A stretch of 64,000 nucleotides of DNA from Bryobacterales bacterium (GCA_965206655.1 CBDBKC010000032.1:276431-340430), one strand, 5' to 3'; positions 19,729-30,535 are shown, counted from the first letter of the stretch. Translations and numbers: made by a program. Notes: a model not told the origin generated them from the sequence alone.

Positions 19729-21518
19729 TCACCATCCAATGACGTAGCCGTCCGTCGCCGGTGCGGCTCCTCCCATCAGTACGCCTTCTTCCGTATCCAC
19801 GACAATGGCGTTCACACCGGCCATTCCCTTGGCGGAGTTTGTCACAACATCATGCCCGCGGTTGGCGAGATCCTCCCGCACAGCCTCGCTGATGCGCTCC
19901 GAAACGGAGAGTTTCCCGCCGAACCCGTGGGGAACCATGGAGTTGTAGTAGGAGGTCGTCACGAAATAAGGCTGTTCCAGTGCCTGCTGCACGTTCATGC
20001 CGAACTCGACGTAGTTCAAGAAGAATTGCAACTGTGACTGCCCCTGTGTATCGCCACCCGGGGTCCCGAAGACCATCAGCGGCTCGCCGTCTCTTGTTAC
20101 CAACACCGGGTTGAGCGTCTGGCGGGGACGTTTGCGCGGCGCGACCTCGTTCGGATGCCCCTCTTCGAGGTGGAAACGGCCTACAACGTCATTGATAAAG
20201 AAGCCGCCGCCGTCGCCGTCGATATACATTCCGTTTCCGAAGTCGGCGGCGATCGAAGCGGTGATGGACACCATGTTGCGGTCTTTATCGACCGCACCAA
20301 TGTACGTCGTCAAGTTCTCCACCCAGCCAGGGAAGGCCGCGGCGCCTTTCAGTACCTGGTGAGAGCCCTTGTGGTTTGCGTAGAGCGGCAGCCGATTCGC
20401 GGCCTTGAGAGAACGAGGATCGCCCGCGGGTGGAGCGCCGTCAAAAGCGCGGCGAAGCTTGATCAAAGCACGCCGCCGCGCTGCATACTCGTCGGAGAGC
20501 AACTCGTTGATCGGGATATCTTTGATGAAGCGCGGGTCACCGATAAAGGCTTCGCGGTCCGCGAATGCCAGCTTCAGCGCTTCGGCGATGTGATGAATAT
20601 AGTCGGCGGAATTGTGTCCCATCGCTTGCAGGTCGTAGCTTTCCAGGATTTTGAGGGCTTGCAGCATCACATGGCCCTGTGTCGGAGGCGGCACGCTGTA
20701 GACGTCGTATCCCTTGTAATTCACGTGGATCGGCTTGGTCTGTTCCGCCTCGAACTCACCCAGGTCGGCCGGCTCCATGATGCCGCCGTCTTTGCCGAGG
20801 AACTCGACGATACGTTCGGCGGTTGTCCCTTTGTAGAAGCCGTCATGCCCTCCCGAGGCAATTCGCCGGAACGTTTGGCCCAGGTCCTTCTGGATGATGC
20901 GCTCGCCCATACTCACGGGATCGCCGTCGCGAACCCACGCGTTTGTTGTTGAGGGGAAGGGAAGCAGCCGGGCGAGGTTCCGACGGAAGACGCCCTCCAG
21001 ATTCTCGCTCACGACGAAGCCGCGCTCGGCGAGTTCGATCGCGGGGACCAGTAGCTTGCTTCGACGAAGGTGGCCGTATCTCTCCGAGGCCCGTAGCAAA
21101 CCGGCCGTCGCTCCGGGAACAACCGGCGCCAACGGCCCGTCCTTTTTGATCCCGCCCTGCTGCCGAAAGAACTCCGCCGTCGCCTTGCGCGGAGCCCCAG
21201 CCGCCGCCGTTGATGAAAACGACTTCTTTCGTTTCGGCCAGGTAGATGAGGAATGAACGCGTCCGCGCCGATGCCTGCTCTGCTCGGCTCGACAACGGTA
21301 CTCGCGAACCCGGCTGCCACGGCGGCGTCAATCGCGTTCCCGTCTTGCTCCAGCATCTTGTGCCCGGCCATGGCGGAGCCGTAGTGGGCAGTTGCCAACA
21401 TACCGTCCGTGCCGAGATAGACCGGTCTCCAGGTCGATGTCTGGCCTTTTGCCATCGGGCCCGCAGCGAAAGCGAGCAGTCCCACAAGAACACCAAGCGT
21501 AGCGGCAAGTCTTTCCAT
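19729..21518 (-). CDS. ggt: Gamma-glutamyltransferase family protein (two +1 frameshifts near 21195 and 21250; pseudogene or sequencing error)
   Basis: Signal peptide, GNAIDAAVAAG, GIGADAF, VPGATAGL, ALKLAFADR, nucleophile region LTTYIGAVDKD, GTPGG. Confidence 0.85.
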
Positions 21519-21623
21519 CGTTTCCCTCTCGAATACCGGACTGGGCAGTACTCATCCCTATCGAGCAGCTAGTAATATAGCTCGTACTTACGCGGTCCAT
21601 CCTGTTCGACTCCTCAAGCACTG

Positions 21624-22235
21624 CTAAACAACCACCGCCTGAAAGGCGGTGGGTTCATTTACGACTGAAAGTCGGCTTGCGGCTGAAGCCGCCTGAAGAA
21701 GCCCCGGCTCAGAGCCGGCTCAAGGCTTGGTGGGCGTTGTGATCTTGAAGCCCTGGTCGTCTTCGTCCCATTGCTGCCTCTCAATGTAATTCTTAATCGT
21801 TTCCTCGTCCACTGCGCCCACCGTCGCGCAGAAATATCCCCGCGCCCACAGGTGCTGCCCCCAATATCGCTTCCGCAATTCCCCAAACTCATCTTGCAGC
21901 CGTCGCGACGACCTGCCTTTCACATACTGCACCAGCTTCGACGGCGCCAACTGTGGCGGTGCCGATACCAATACATGCACATGATCCGGCGACACAGCGC
22001 CCCGAATCACCACCACTTCTCGCGCTTGACAGCTCTGCCGGATCAGATCCCGTGTCCGCTCCGCCACCCTGCCCCGCAAGACTTTGTAGCGATATTTCGT
22101 GATCCAGACCAAGTGATACTTGATGTCGTAGACTGCATGCGCCCCTCGCCGATATTCGCCCATCTCCCTATTGTCATCCAGACCCGCTCGAAGCTGACCG
22201 CCTGAAAGGCGGTGGGTTTAGACCTGGTGATGGAA
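21624..22235 (-). mobile_element. IS200/IS605-family element, tnpA only, copy 2 (inverted)
   Basis: Same ends as copy 1; TTTAG target at 22236-22240 on the minus strand. Confidence 0.9.
21720..22163 (-). CDS. tnpA: IS200/IS605 Y1 transposase
   Basis: Close homolog of 19154-19600, one codon shorter. Confidence 0.95.
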   Translation of the reverse strand: MGEYRRGAHAVYDIKYHLVWITKYRYKVLRGRVAERTRDLIRQSCQAREVVVIRGAVSPDHVHVLVSAPPQLAPSKLVQYVKGRSSRRLQDEFGELRKRYWGQHLWARGYFCATVGAVDEETIKNYIERQQWDEDDQGFKITTPTKP

Positions 22236-22279
22236 CTAAACTCTCCTCTGGTAATGCCAAGCGAAGCGAGTATCCTCCA

Positions 22280-24085
22280 TTGCGACTGAATTCGATTCTG
22301 CTACTCTCCCTGTTCGTCTCACTCACCGTCTGGCCGCTTCTTCCCGTGGCTTCGAGCGCCACGGTCAAGTTCCGCGAGGCCCTGCCGCCACGCAACGACG
22401 TCGAGATCGACAATCGGGTCGCTGTCCCGATGCGGGACGGTGTGACCCTCTACGCCGACGTCTTCCGTCCGGTGGGCGACGGCAAGTATCCGGTCCTGGT
22501 TTCGCGGACCCCCTACAGCACGGAGCGCTACCCGAGGTCCTACGTGGAAGCGCTGTTTTACGCTCGCCGAGGGTACGTCTATGTCTTTCAGGATGTTCGT
22601 GGGCGTCACGAATCCGAAGGGAACTGGGAGCCCTTTCGCGATGACATCGACGACGGCTACGACACCGTCGAGTGGGCCGCCAAGCAGCCTTGGTCAAACG
22701 GCAAGGTCGCCATGCAGGGGCACTCCTACGGCGGCCATGTGCAGTGGCGCGCCGCCATGGCTTCGCCCCCACACCTCGTAACGATGTTTCCTCTCGTCGC
22801 CTCGACTAGTCTCTACCACGACTGGATCACTCTCAACGGCGCTTGGCGGCTTTCGTTCAACTTCGGTTGGGGCGCAGTGCGCCAGGAATCGCGCATCATG
22901 CAGAACGTCGGCCCCCACACAATGGCGGACGGCCCCGACGCGATCAACTATGACACCGTCCTCCCCACCCTCCCGCTGAACAAGATGCAGACACTCGTCG
23001 GACGCAACGCGCAGTTCTACAAAGACTGGTTGGCCCACCCCGACTACGACGACTACTGGAAGAAGATCAACGTGGAGGAAATGTTCGACCAGATCGCGAT
23101 CCCCGTCCATACCCTAGGCGGCTGGTTCGATATTTTCAGCCAGGGCACGCTACGGGGATTTGTCGGGGTAAGTCATCACGGCAAGACGGAGCTCGCCCGC
23201 CGCAAGAGCCACTTGACGATCGGCGCCTGGGGACATAGCCCGTCCCGCAAGGTAGGTGACCTTAATTTCGGCGAGAATGGCTACGCCAGCCGGGACGATC
23301 TGCAACTCCACTGGTACGACCACTGGCTGCGCGGCGTCGACAACGGTATCGACAGCGAGCCGCCGGTTCGCTTGTTCGTCATGGGGCGCAATGAATGGCG
23401 CTATGAGGATGAGTATCCTCTAGCGCGCACCCAATACAAGAACCTCTACCTCCACAGCGCCGGCAGCGCCAACAGCCGCCGCGGCGACGGCCGCCTTTCA
23501 TGGGACAAGCCCTCGGCCGGTGCGCAGCCCGATCGCTACGTCTACGATCCCGATACGCCGGTCCCCAGCGTTGGCGGAAACAACTGCTGCGGCACGCCGA
23601 CCCCGGCCGGCCCCCGGGACCAAAAGGAACCTGAGAGCCGCAATGACGTTCTGGTCTACACCTCTGATTTCATCGAGGAGGAAATCGAGGTGACAGGACC
23701 CGTCAAGGTCGTGCTCTATGCCTCATCCGACGCCCTCGATACCGACTTTGTAGCGAAGCTCGTCGATGTCCATCCCGACGGCAAGGCTTACAACATGGCG
23801 GAGGGTATGTTGAGGGCTCGTTATCGAGAGGGCCTGGACAAGCCCAAACTGCTCGAACCCGGCAAAGTCTACAAGCTGGAGATCGACCTCGTCGGCACGA
23901 GCGTCGCTTTTCAGAAAGGGCACCGCATCCGGGTGGACGTAACCAGCAGCCACTACCCGCAGTTTGATCGCAACCCGAATACCGGCGAGCCGTTCGCGAC
24001 GAGTACGACCGTCAAGCGCGCACTCCAGACGATTCATCACTCGAGCCGGCAGCCGTCACACATCGTTTTACCGGTGATTCCGTAG
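22280..24085 (+). CDS. CocE/NonD family hydrolase (X-Pro dipeptidyl peptidase S15-like)
   Basis: PMRDGVTLYAD, RTPY, QDVRGR, GHSYGG, GGWFD, FDRNPNTG. Confidence 0.92.
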   Translation: MRLNSILLLSLFVSLTVWPLLPVASSATVKFREALPPRNDVEIDNRVAVPMRDGVTLYADVFRPVGDGKYPVLVSRTPYSTERYPRSYVEALFYARRGYVYVFQDVRGRHESEGNWEPFRDDIDDGYDTVEWAAKQPWSNGKVAMQGHSYGGHVQWRAAMASPPHLVTMFPLVASTSLYHDWITLNGAWRLSFNFGWGAVRQESRIMQNVGPHTMADGPDAINYDTVLPTLPLNKMQTLVGRNAQFYKDWLAHPDYDDYWKKINVEEMFDQIAIPVHTLGGWFDIFSQGTLRGFVGVSHHGKTELARRKSHLTIGAWGHSPSRKVGDLNFGENGYASRDDLQLHWYDHWLRGVDNGIDSEPPVRLFVMGRNEWRYEDEYPLARTQYKNLYLHSAGSANSRRGDGRLSWDKPSAGAQPDRYVYDPDTPVPSVGGNNCCGTPTPAGPRDQKEPESRNDVLVYTSDFIEEEIEVTGPVKVVLYASSDALDTDFVAKLVDVHPDGKAYNMAEGMLRARYREGLDKPKLLEPGKVYKLEIDLVGTSVAFQKGHRIRVDVTSSHYPQFDRNPNTGEPFATSTTVKRALQTIHHSSRQPSHIVLPVIP

Positions 24086-24107
24086 ACGACCGACCGGGGC
24101 CTGACCG

Positions 24108-24896
24108 CTACGGCTTCCACGAAACCGCATTCAGCAGAATCTGCACGAAGGTCGGATTTTGGAAATCCTCGGCTCGGTGGCCCTGCTGGAAGTAGAAAAC
24201 GTGGCCGCTCCCCCTGGGCATCATCCACCCTGCCCGGTCCTGTGCGTAGGTTTTACCCTCGACCACGACTTGCGACCCAAGCAGAACCGTCTTCCGCCGA
24301 CCGTCGGTGAAGCGTTGGTTGAGAAACATCTCTGTGTCGGGCAATGTGAAACTCTCGAGGTCCTGCTCGGTCGACGGCTCGTCACTAGGCCGATACGAGA
24401 CCCGATCCGGGTATTCGACATTGTGCGTCGTCACGTAGTGGCCAGGCTGTAGATTCACGACCTGGACGTCACCGCGCAGGACCCGCCACGGGTGGGTCGC
24501 GTGGTCCCGAGGAAGGATCGCAATGCCGAGAAACGGCAGCCAGCGCTCGCTGCGGACTTTGGCCGATGCGATGCCATGATGCAGAATAATCAGCCGCCCG
24601 CCCTTCGCCGTGTAGTTGATGAGATCGATCTCAACCCCGGAGGACGTGTCACCATGCACGTACATAAAGACCGCTTCTGGCACGACCTTCCTGAGGCGAT
24701 CGACGAACGGCGCCTGCTCTTCAACGGAAGCCGTGTAGCCCGCCGTCTCGAGCGTGGTCGCGAGCACCTCCATCGGTTCCACTTCGTCGTGAACGATATA
24801 CACCCGCGGCCCCGCGGCCGAGGCGGTCGCCGGCCAGAGAAGCGCCAGTAGAAGGAAAGCGGTCAGGTAGAGCCTTCGAAGGGGACGGGTACGCAT
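24108..24896 (-). CDS. ThuA-like (class I GATase-fold) exported protein
   Basis: Signal peptide; GGRLIILHH...G.VFYFQQGH...F.NP....LLNAVSW. Confidence 0.7.
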   Translation of the reverse strand: MRTRPLRRLYLTAFLLLALLWPATASAAGPRVYIVHDEVEPMEVLATTLETAGYTASVEEQAPFVDRLRKVVPEAVFMYVHGDTSSGVEIDLINYTAKGGRLIILHHGIASAKVRSERWLPFLGIAILPRDHATHPWRVLRGDVQVVNLQPGHYVTTHNVEYPDRVSYRPSDEPSTEQDLESFTLPDTEMFLNQRFTDGRRKTVLLGSQVVVEGKTYAQDRAGWMMPRGSGHVFYFQQGHRAEDFQNPTFVQILLNAVSWKP

Positions 24897-24993
24897 GGGG
24901 ATTCCCCTTCGAGTCTACGCCAAAACGTACCCAGCAGCCGTCTGGACGGACCGTGCCCTGGATCGAACGACGAGGATTCCAGTCGGGGACGGG

Positions 24994-26076
24994 CTACGCC
25001 GTTTGCTTCAGGGCATCCGGATAGCTTTCGCGAATGCTCAGGAGCTCCTGGTCGGGAATCAGAAGAAAAACATCGACCAGCTCCGGATCGAACTGCGTGC
25101 CGCTCATCTTGCTGATCTCGTGGCGCGCTTTCTCGGCGGATTGGGCGCGGCGGTATGGACGGTCGGATGTTATGGCGTCGAACGTGTCGACAATCGAAAA
25201 CATACGTGCGCCGATCGGGATGTCATCCCTGTTCAGCCCGCGCGGATAGCCGCCCCCATCCCAGCGTTCGTGGTGTGAGTAGACGATTTGGGCCTCCTTC
25301 TCCAGTTCGGGAAACTCCGACAGAATTCGGTACCCGATCATCGGATGCTCCCGCATCACGCGCCATTCTTCGTCATTGAGAGGGCCGGGCTTGAGCAGGA
25401 CGTTGCGCGGGATGCCGATTTTACCGATGTCGTGCAGCAGTGCGCCGATTTCGAGCTGGTCAAGTTGTTCGGCCGGCAGCGAGTAGCGCTCGGCGAACAA
25501 TCGACAGGTGGCCGCGACGCGGGCCGAGTGTTGAAAAGTCTCGTAGCGCTTGAAGCCAAGGCGGCTGAACAGTGTCCGCAGTACCTCGGACGATGCTGAG
25601 CCGCTGCGCTGGGTCGCGAGGAATTCGAGAAGCGCCTTCTGTATTTCGCTCTTCTTCTCGTCTTCGTTCGGTTCCAGGTAGCGACGCACCAAGGCCAGAA
25701 CGTCATTCGGCCTGACGGGCTTCTTCAGATAGTCGTCCGCACCCGCTTCCAGCGCGTCGATCGCCAAACCCAATTCGTAGAGGCCCGAGATGAGAATGAC
25801 CGGTAGGTCCGGATTCATTCCCTTGACTTCGCGCAACAGGTCGATGCCGTCCATCTCCGGCATGCTGATATCGGCCAGCAGCAGGTCAGCTCCCGCGTTC
25901 CGGCCGCTGAGATAAGAAAGCGCCGCCATACTATCGGCGAAACAACGGCACTGATAGCCTTTGTGACGAAGGACGTCCGCCAGGTAATCGCGGATCGAGG
26001 CGTCATCGTCAACAACGAGAACCGTATTGTGTTGGTTACCCTCCACTGGCGCCGGGGCTTCCGCCTCCAACAACAC
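24994..26076 (-). CDS. Response regulator with HD-GYP c-di-GMP phosphodiesterase domain (RpfG-like)
   Basis: REC VVDDD/DISMP/KP; LLHDIGK, HHERWDGGGYP, DRPYR. Confidence 0.92.
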   Translation of the reverse strand: MLLEAEAPAPVEGNQHNTVLVVDDDASIRDYLADVLRHKGYQCRCFADSMAALSYLSGRNAGADLLLADISMPEMDGIDLLREVKGMNPDLPVILISGLYELGLAIDALEAGADDYLKKPVRPNDVLALVRRYLEPNEDEKKSEIQKALLEFLATQRSGSASSEVLRTLFSRLGFKRYETFQHSARVAATCRLFAERYSLPAEQLDQLEIGALLHDIGKIGIPRNVLLKPGPLNDEEWRVMREHPMIGYRILSEFPELEKEAQIVYSHHERWDGGGYPRGLNRDDIPIGARMFSIVDTFDAITSDRPYRRAQSAEKARHEISKMSGTQFDPELVDVFLLIPDQELLSIRESYPDALKQTA

Positions 26077-26119
26077 CTCATCGGCAGATGGACCTCAGCC
26101 TTGAAGTAGGCTCCAACTA

Positions 26120-27215
26120 CTGAGTCCCGCATAATATTCAGTTAATCGAACGACAAAGAAGATTGCTTCCAAAAGGCGGCGATCAAGCGCCGTTTGCGGC
26201 GCATGCGGCGCAAAGTCGTGCGCGCCCGCTCGTCGAGCTCCCAGTAGTCGTTGGGGCAGACGTTGAGCAACTCGTGCTGCTTCCAGTAGGCCCAGATGTA
26301 TTCCACCGGATTCAGCTCCGGGGCGTAGCCCGGCAAGTACTCGGTCTCGATGTGGCCCTGCGACAACGCGATGAACTCGCGCACCAACGCGCTGCGATGC
26401 GCCGGCAAGCGATCCCACACGATCAGCAACGGACGTTGTATGTGGCGCAGCAGCGCCTTGAGGAAATCGATCACCTCGGGACCGCGGATGGCGTCGGGAT
26501 AGAGACGGAAATAGAAGTTGTGGAAAGTGATTCCGGCCGCCGCCGAGAGCTTCTTCCAGTTGAAGTTGAACTGCAGTACGGGCGTCTGCCCGCGCGGCGC
26601 CCAAGTACGGCAGCGATGTGGCTTCTGGCTCAGTCCGCTTTCGTCGATGAAGACGATCGTGCGGCCCTGCTTTTGCGCTTTTTTTTAATGGCGGGCCAGG
26701 TCTGTTTCTTCCAGGCGCGGATCGCTTCCTCGTTGCGCTCGCGGGCCTTGCCGACCGGCCGTTGCGGGCTCCAGTGGAGTGCCCGCAGCAGCTTCCAGAC
26801 GTGGCCTTCGTGGTAGCGCACCCCGAAACGGTCGCGGATCAACCGCGCCACCCGCGGACAGCTCCACAGCGGCGTCGGGAAGCCGTGCGCTTCGGGTCCT
26901 TCGAGCAGCAGCCCTTCCAGCTCGGCGAGCTGCGCGGTCCTCAGCAACGGCTTGCGGCCGGCGCGGCCGGCTTTGGCCAACCCGGCGCGGCCGTCTTCGC
27001 GGTAACGCTGTACCCAGCCGCTGACGCTTTGTTGGGCGGCTTGGACTCTACGCGCCGCCTCGGCTTGGCTCAGTCCTTCTTTCACGACCAGCCGCACCGC
27101 CTCAATGCGCCGCTTCTCCAGCGCCGCAAAGTCTCGCTTCACGCCTTTTGGAAAACCCATATCCAAAAGACGTCGCTCCATTACAAAAGGTTACTCTATA
27201 TTATGCGGGACTCAG
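26120..27215 (-). mobile_element. IS630 family element, full copy B (1096 bp, TA TSD)
   Basis: Same TIRs as copy A; inserted about 40 bp upstream of the HD-GYP gene. Confidence 0.95.
26142..27181 (-). CDS. IS630 transposase (-1 frameshift fusion)
   Basis: As copy A; A8 run near 26680. Confidence 0.9.
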
Positions 27216-27283
27216 TAAGGAGGGGTGTATAAAGCCTGTGCTAAGTCGTGTCCGTTGGGGCGAGAATAGGAGGGTAAAAAAGG

Positions 27284-27313
27284 TGTACGTATGACGTCAC
27301 TCGTCTACTACAA
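27284..27313 (+). promoter_or_regulatory. Putative higBA promoter/operator
   Basis: -10-like TACAAT adjoining the imperfect inverted repeat GTATGACG-N5-CGTCTAC. Confidence 0.35.
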
Positions 27314-27326
27314 TGTATAGGACTGG

Positions 27327-27611
27327 ATGTTAAAGAGCTGCCGTGACAAGGCGACGGAACGTTTCGCGGCAGGCGAGAAGGTTCGTCAGTGGGAGCCGTT
27401 TCGGCGGCAGGCCGAGAAGCGTCTGCGGATTCTCGATGCCGCTATGTCGCTGGGGGACCTCGCCGCACTCAATTCTAACCGCCTGGAAGCCTTGAAGGGC
27501 GACCGCAAGGGACAGCATTCGATTCGCATCAATGACCGCTGGCGCATCTGCTTTGAGTGGCCGAAAGATGCGCCCGGCGCATCGAATGCCGAGATTGTTG
27601 ACTACCACTAA
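27327..27611 (+). CDS. higB: HigB (RelE/ParE superfamily) toxin
   Basis: NRLEALKGDRKGQHSIRINDRWRICFEW...EIVDYH. Confidence 0.92.
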   Translation: MLKSCRDKATERFAAGEKVRQWEPFRRQAEKRLRILDAAMSLGDLAALNSNRLEALKGDRKGQHSIRINDRWRICFEWPKDAPGASNAEIVDYH

Positions 27612-27627
27612 CGAAAGGAAGACCACC

Positions 27628-27939
27628 ATGGCACGCACACCCATTCACCCCGGAGAAATTCTCGGCGACGAGCTGGAGGAGAGCAGCCTTTCCGCGAAAG
27701 CGTTGGCCGACGTTATCGGAGTGCCACCGAACCGCCTCTATCAGCTTCTGGCGGGAAAGCGTAGCATGACGGCGGATACGGCCCTGCGCCTCGGCCAGTA
27801 TTTCGGTATGTCGGCCGACTTCTGGATGAACCTTCAGAGCGCCTATGAGCTTGACCTGGCGCGCCTTCAGCTCGGCAAGACCATACAGCAAATCGCGAGG
27901 CGCGGCAGTGTGCCCGCGGAGCCGCGACCGGCGGCGTGA
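27628..27939 (+). CDS. higA: HigA antitoxin (XRE HTH)
   Basis: PIHPGEIL...TADTALRL...FWMNLQ..Y; RBS AAAGGA. Confidence 0.92.
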   Translation: MARTPIHPGEILGDELEESSLSAKALADVIGVPPNRLYQLLAGKRSMTADTALRLGQYFGMSADFWMNLQSAYELDLARLQLGKTIQQIARRGSVPAEPRPAA

Positions 27940-27988
27940 GGGGATGTCGCCCAGATTTCTGGGGTCCGCGGTTGGAAAGACCGCTTAG

Positions 27989-29654
27989 CCAGGATTTCCA
28001 TTTTGGCCCTGGCACGGTGAAAGTATACACCCGCGCTGCCCCGAAGACCACGTCTTTCCGCGCTGAACCCTGCACATCACCTCCGGCGGCAGGCCCCAAA
28101 GCCCGTCCGTCCGCTCACAGACGTTGATGGAGCGGGCTGAACGGCACACCGGCCGACACTGCTCCCTGCGAAGCCTTTTCGGAGCTAAAAACTGTTGATC
28201 CTCGTCCAGGTAACGCTACCCGCTCGGCAGCGGCAGCGCCCAGATCCTGTGCAGCATGTCACCGAACAGCCGCCGGTTCAGATGCCCCTCGGCCAGCAGC
28301 AACCAGTAGTAGCGCGCGTGCTTGACCAGCCGGCCGCCGGTCTTCATCAGCCGCTGCTGCAAGCTCGTGAGCGACCAACTCTTGATCCTGTTCGGCAGTC
28401 CGAGCCGCCGCCACAAGTTGCCCAGGTTGTAGGCCAGCACGCTGAGTTGCAGTCGCACTTCGTTGGCCCGAAAGCGATGGCACGAAAGCCGCGTCCAGTG
28501 CGTGGCCTGTTTGCCTTCTTTAATCCATTGCTCGGCCGTGCCGCGCTTGTTGTAGAAGCGCACCACCGACCGGCTTGGCAAGCTCATGTTGGTCACGATA
28601 AATCCGACCCGCGGGAACAGCTCACCGAGATGATGCTCGACCTTGGCCACGATGCGTCGCGGCTTGGACCAACTCTCCGCCTGATAGCGGAAGCTCTTGT
28701 AGCGCACCAAGGGCTTGCGACCCGGCCTGCCCGGCGGGCGAAACAAGATGTCTTCGATCGCCAATTCCAAGCTCTTGTTGGCCGGAATGCGAATGGCGTA
28801 CTGCACTCCGCGTTCCTCCGAAAACTCATAAATCTCCGGCTTGGCAAAGGCCGCATCGCCCCGGAAGGTGACCTGTTTGCCCACAGCCTGTTGGCGCTTG
28901 ATCTCGGGCAGCAGCAACTCCTTCCAGTCCTCAGCGCTGTGCACGTTGCCTGGACGCAGCTTCGCCGCCAGGCAATCCCCATGCTGGTTGAACAACAACA
29001 GCGGGTGGTAGCAGACCGACTCGAAATGGCCGTTGTAGGCGCTGCCCTCTTGCTGGCCGTGGACAGGGCTTTCGGTCGAATCCATGTCGAGCACGACGCG
29101 CTCGGAGTCGTCTTGCGTCTCGGCTTGCGCCACCAGCTCGCGGTTCACAGCCATCAGCCCCAGCAAGTTCTCCTCGCTCGCCAGCATCTCCGTCTCGAAG
29201 CTCTGCAGTCGCGAGGTCAGTGCCCCGCCGCGATCCCAGTTCCTCTTCGAGCCGATCAAGCGAAACGTCGGGTCAGCCGACACTCGGACGGCGTCATTGA
29301 GGTCCTCGTAGCCTGCCAGCCGAGAGTAGACTGACTGCCGCAGCAGATCGGCCAGCGGGAACTTCTTGTTCAAGCCTTGCCGTGGGTCACTGAGGTGTTC
29401 GTCGATCAGCTTCCCGAGTCCGAGTCGCTCGTCCAGCTCGCGGACCAGGATCAGCCCGCCGTCGGAAGTGACACGCGATCCTTGGAAATCGACTTTCAAT
29501 AAGCCGTTGAAGCTTAGCTGGAACGGTTTGTTTTCTTTTTCACCCATTGGGTGTTGATCTCCTCAGCGCCTTGAGTGCTTTCCAACCCGCATAAATAAAG
29601 GCGTCCGAGGCCACCCGATGGTTAGCAGAATCGAAACTAAAGTGGGAATCCGGG
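27989..29654 (-). mobile_element. IS1380-family element, copy 3 (TSD CTTAG)
   Basis: CTTAG at 27984-27988 and 29655-29659; same TIRs. Confidence 0.95.
28216..29547 (-). CDS. IS1380 family transposase
   Basis: Protein identical to copy 1. Confidence 0.95.
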   Translation of the reverse strand: MGEKENKPFQLSFNGLLKVDFQGSRVTSDGGLILVRELDERLGLGKLIDEHLSDPRQGLNKKFPLADLLRQSVYSRLAGYEDLNDAVRVSADPTFRLIGSKRNWDRGGALTSRLQSFETEMLASEENLLGLMAVNRELVAQAETQDDSERVVLDMDSTESPVHGQQEGSAYNGHFESVCYHPLLLFNQHGDCLAAKLRPGNVHSAEDWKELLLPEIKRQQAVGKQVTFRGDAAFAKPEIYEFSEERGVQYAIRIPANKSLELAIEDILFRPPGRPGRKPLVRYKSFRYQAESWSKPRRIVAKVEHHLGELFPRVGFIVTNMSLPSRSVVRFYNKRGTAEQWIKEGKQATHWTRLSCHRFRANEVRLQLSVLAYNLGNLWRRLGLPNRIKSWSLTSLQQRLMKTGGRLVKHARYYWLLLAEGHLNRRLFGDMLHRIWALPLPSG

Positions 29655-29655
29655 C

Positions 29656-29982
29656 TTAGTCCTCCTCCTCCCGCTCGGCCGCCTCTTTGAGACGCAGCAA
29701 GTGATTTGCCCACACGTCCTCGAACCGGCTGACCCAACGTTCGTAAATCCGGCGGATCGGCACCGCGTTGAGCGAATTCACGCGGTACCTGCCGGACTCT
29801 CGTGTTTGGACAAGCTGGGCTTCCCGGAGGACGTCAATGTGCTTCATCACCCCGAAACGCGACAGCTTCGGAAAGGAGTTGACGATCTCGGTCGTCGTTC
29901 TCGGACGGGTCCGTAGCAGATCGAGAATGCCCCGCCGCGTCGGATCCGCCAACGCCTTCCAGACCGGGTCCAGCTCATCCAC
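29656..29982 (-). CDS. ArsR/SmtB family transcriptional regulator
   Basis: WKALADPTRRGILDLL...SRFGVMKHIDVL; GTG start overlaps the upstream TAG. Confidence 0.9.
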   Translation of the reverse strand: MDELDPVWKALADPTRRGILDLLRTRPRTTTEIVNSFPKLSRFGVMKHIDVLREAQLVQTRESGRYRVNSLNAVPIRRIYERWVSRFEDVWANHLLRLKEAAEREEED

Positions 29983-30410
29983 TATTCGCAGTCCTTCTTG
30001 AGCTCTTCGAGGGAGTGCGCCCAGCCTGAACCCAGGCCGTTTCGGTGTTCCGGGTTGATCATTCCAATGGCCCTGTGTCGCAGCGTGACCTTTGCCCCGG
30101 CGGCGGTCTCGGCGACTTTGATTTCCACGTGGTTCGTCGCGGGGTACGACATGAACAGCGGGCCGCTCAGCTCGAGCAGAGTCGGAGGCTTGATGACCTG
30201 CGCGAATCCCCACAGATGCTCGATGCCGCTGCCCCGGTCACGGTACCACCGCCCGCCGGCCTTGGGCTCTAGGACCATCGGCATGGGCGTTCCATCGGGT
30301 TGCTCGTTGTCGCTACCAAAGCGCCGCAGAAGCGCCTCGAAAACCTTCTCGGGCGGCGCCTCGATCTCAATGTTCTGCTCGAAATCGAGCGTTAGATCTT
30401 CCAAATTCAT
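29982..30410 (-). CDS. SRPBCC/AHSA1 domain protein
   Basis: IEIEAPPEKVFEAL...GGRW...VTLRH...GW...L..LK. Confidence 0.85.
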   Translation of the reverse strand: MNLEDLTLDFEQNIEIEAPPEKVFEALLRRFGSDNEQPDGTPMPMVLEPKAGGRWYRDRGSGIEHLWGFAQVIKPPTLLELSGPLFMSYPATNHVEIKVAETAAGAKVTLRHRAIGMINPEHRNGLGSGWAHSLEELKKDCE

Positions 30411-30535
30411 GTTGCTTCCTCCGCTGTCTCAATCGGTCCTTGACATGGGATGGCCAAGACGTTAGTCTATTGTAACGTGACTTTATAGTAATGTAAAATC
30501 AGATCCGATCATCACACTCATCCAGGAGGAATCAC

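Noticed and set aside
3109-29654. Composite transposon formed by IS1380 copies 1 and 3
   Set aside because: Each copy has its own different TSD (CCAAG, CTTAG), so they are independent insertions.
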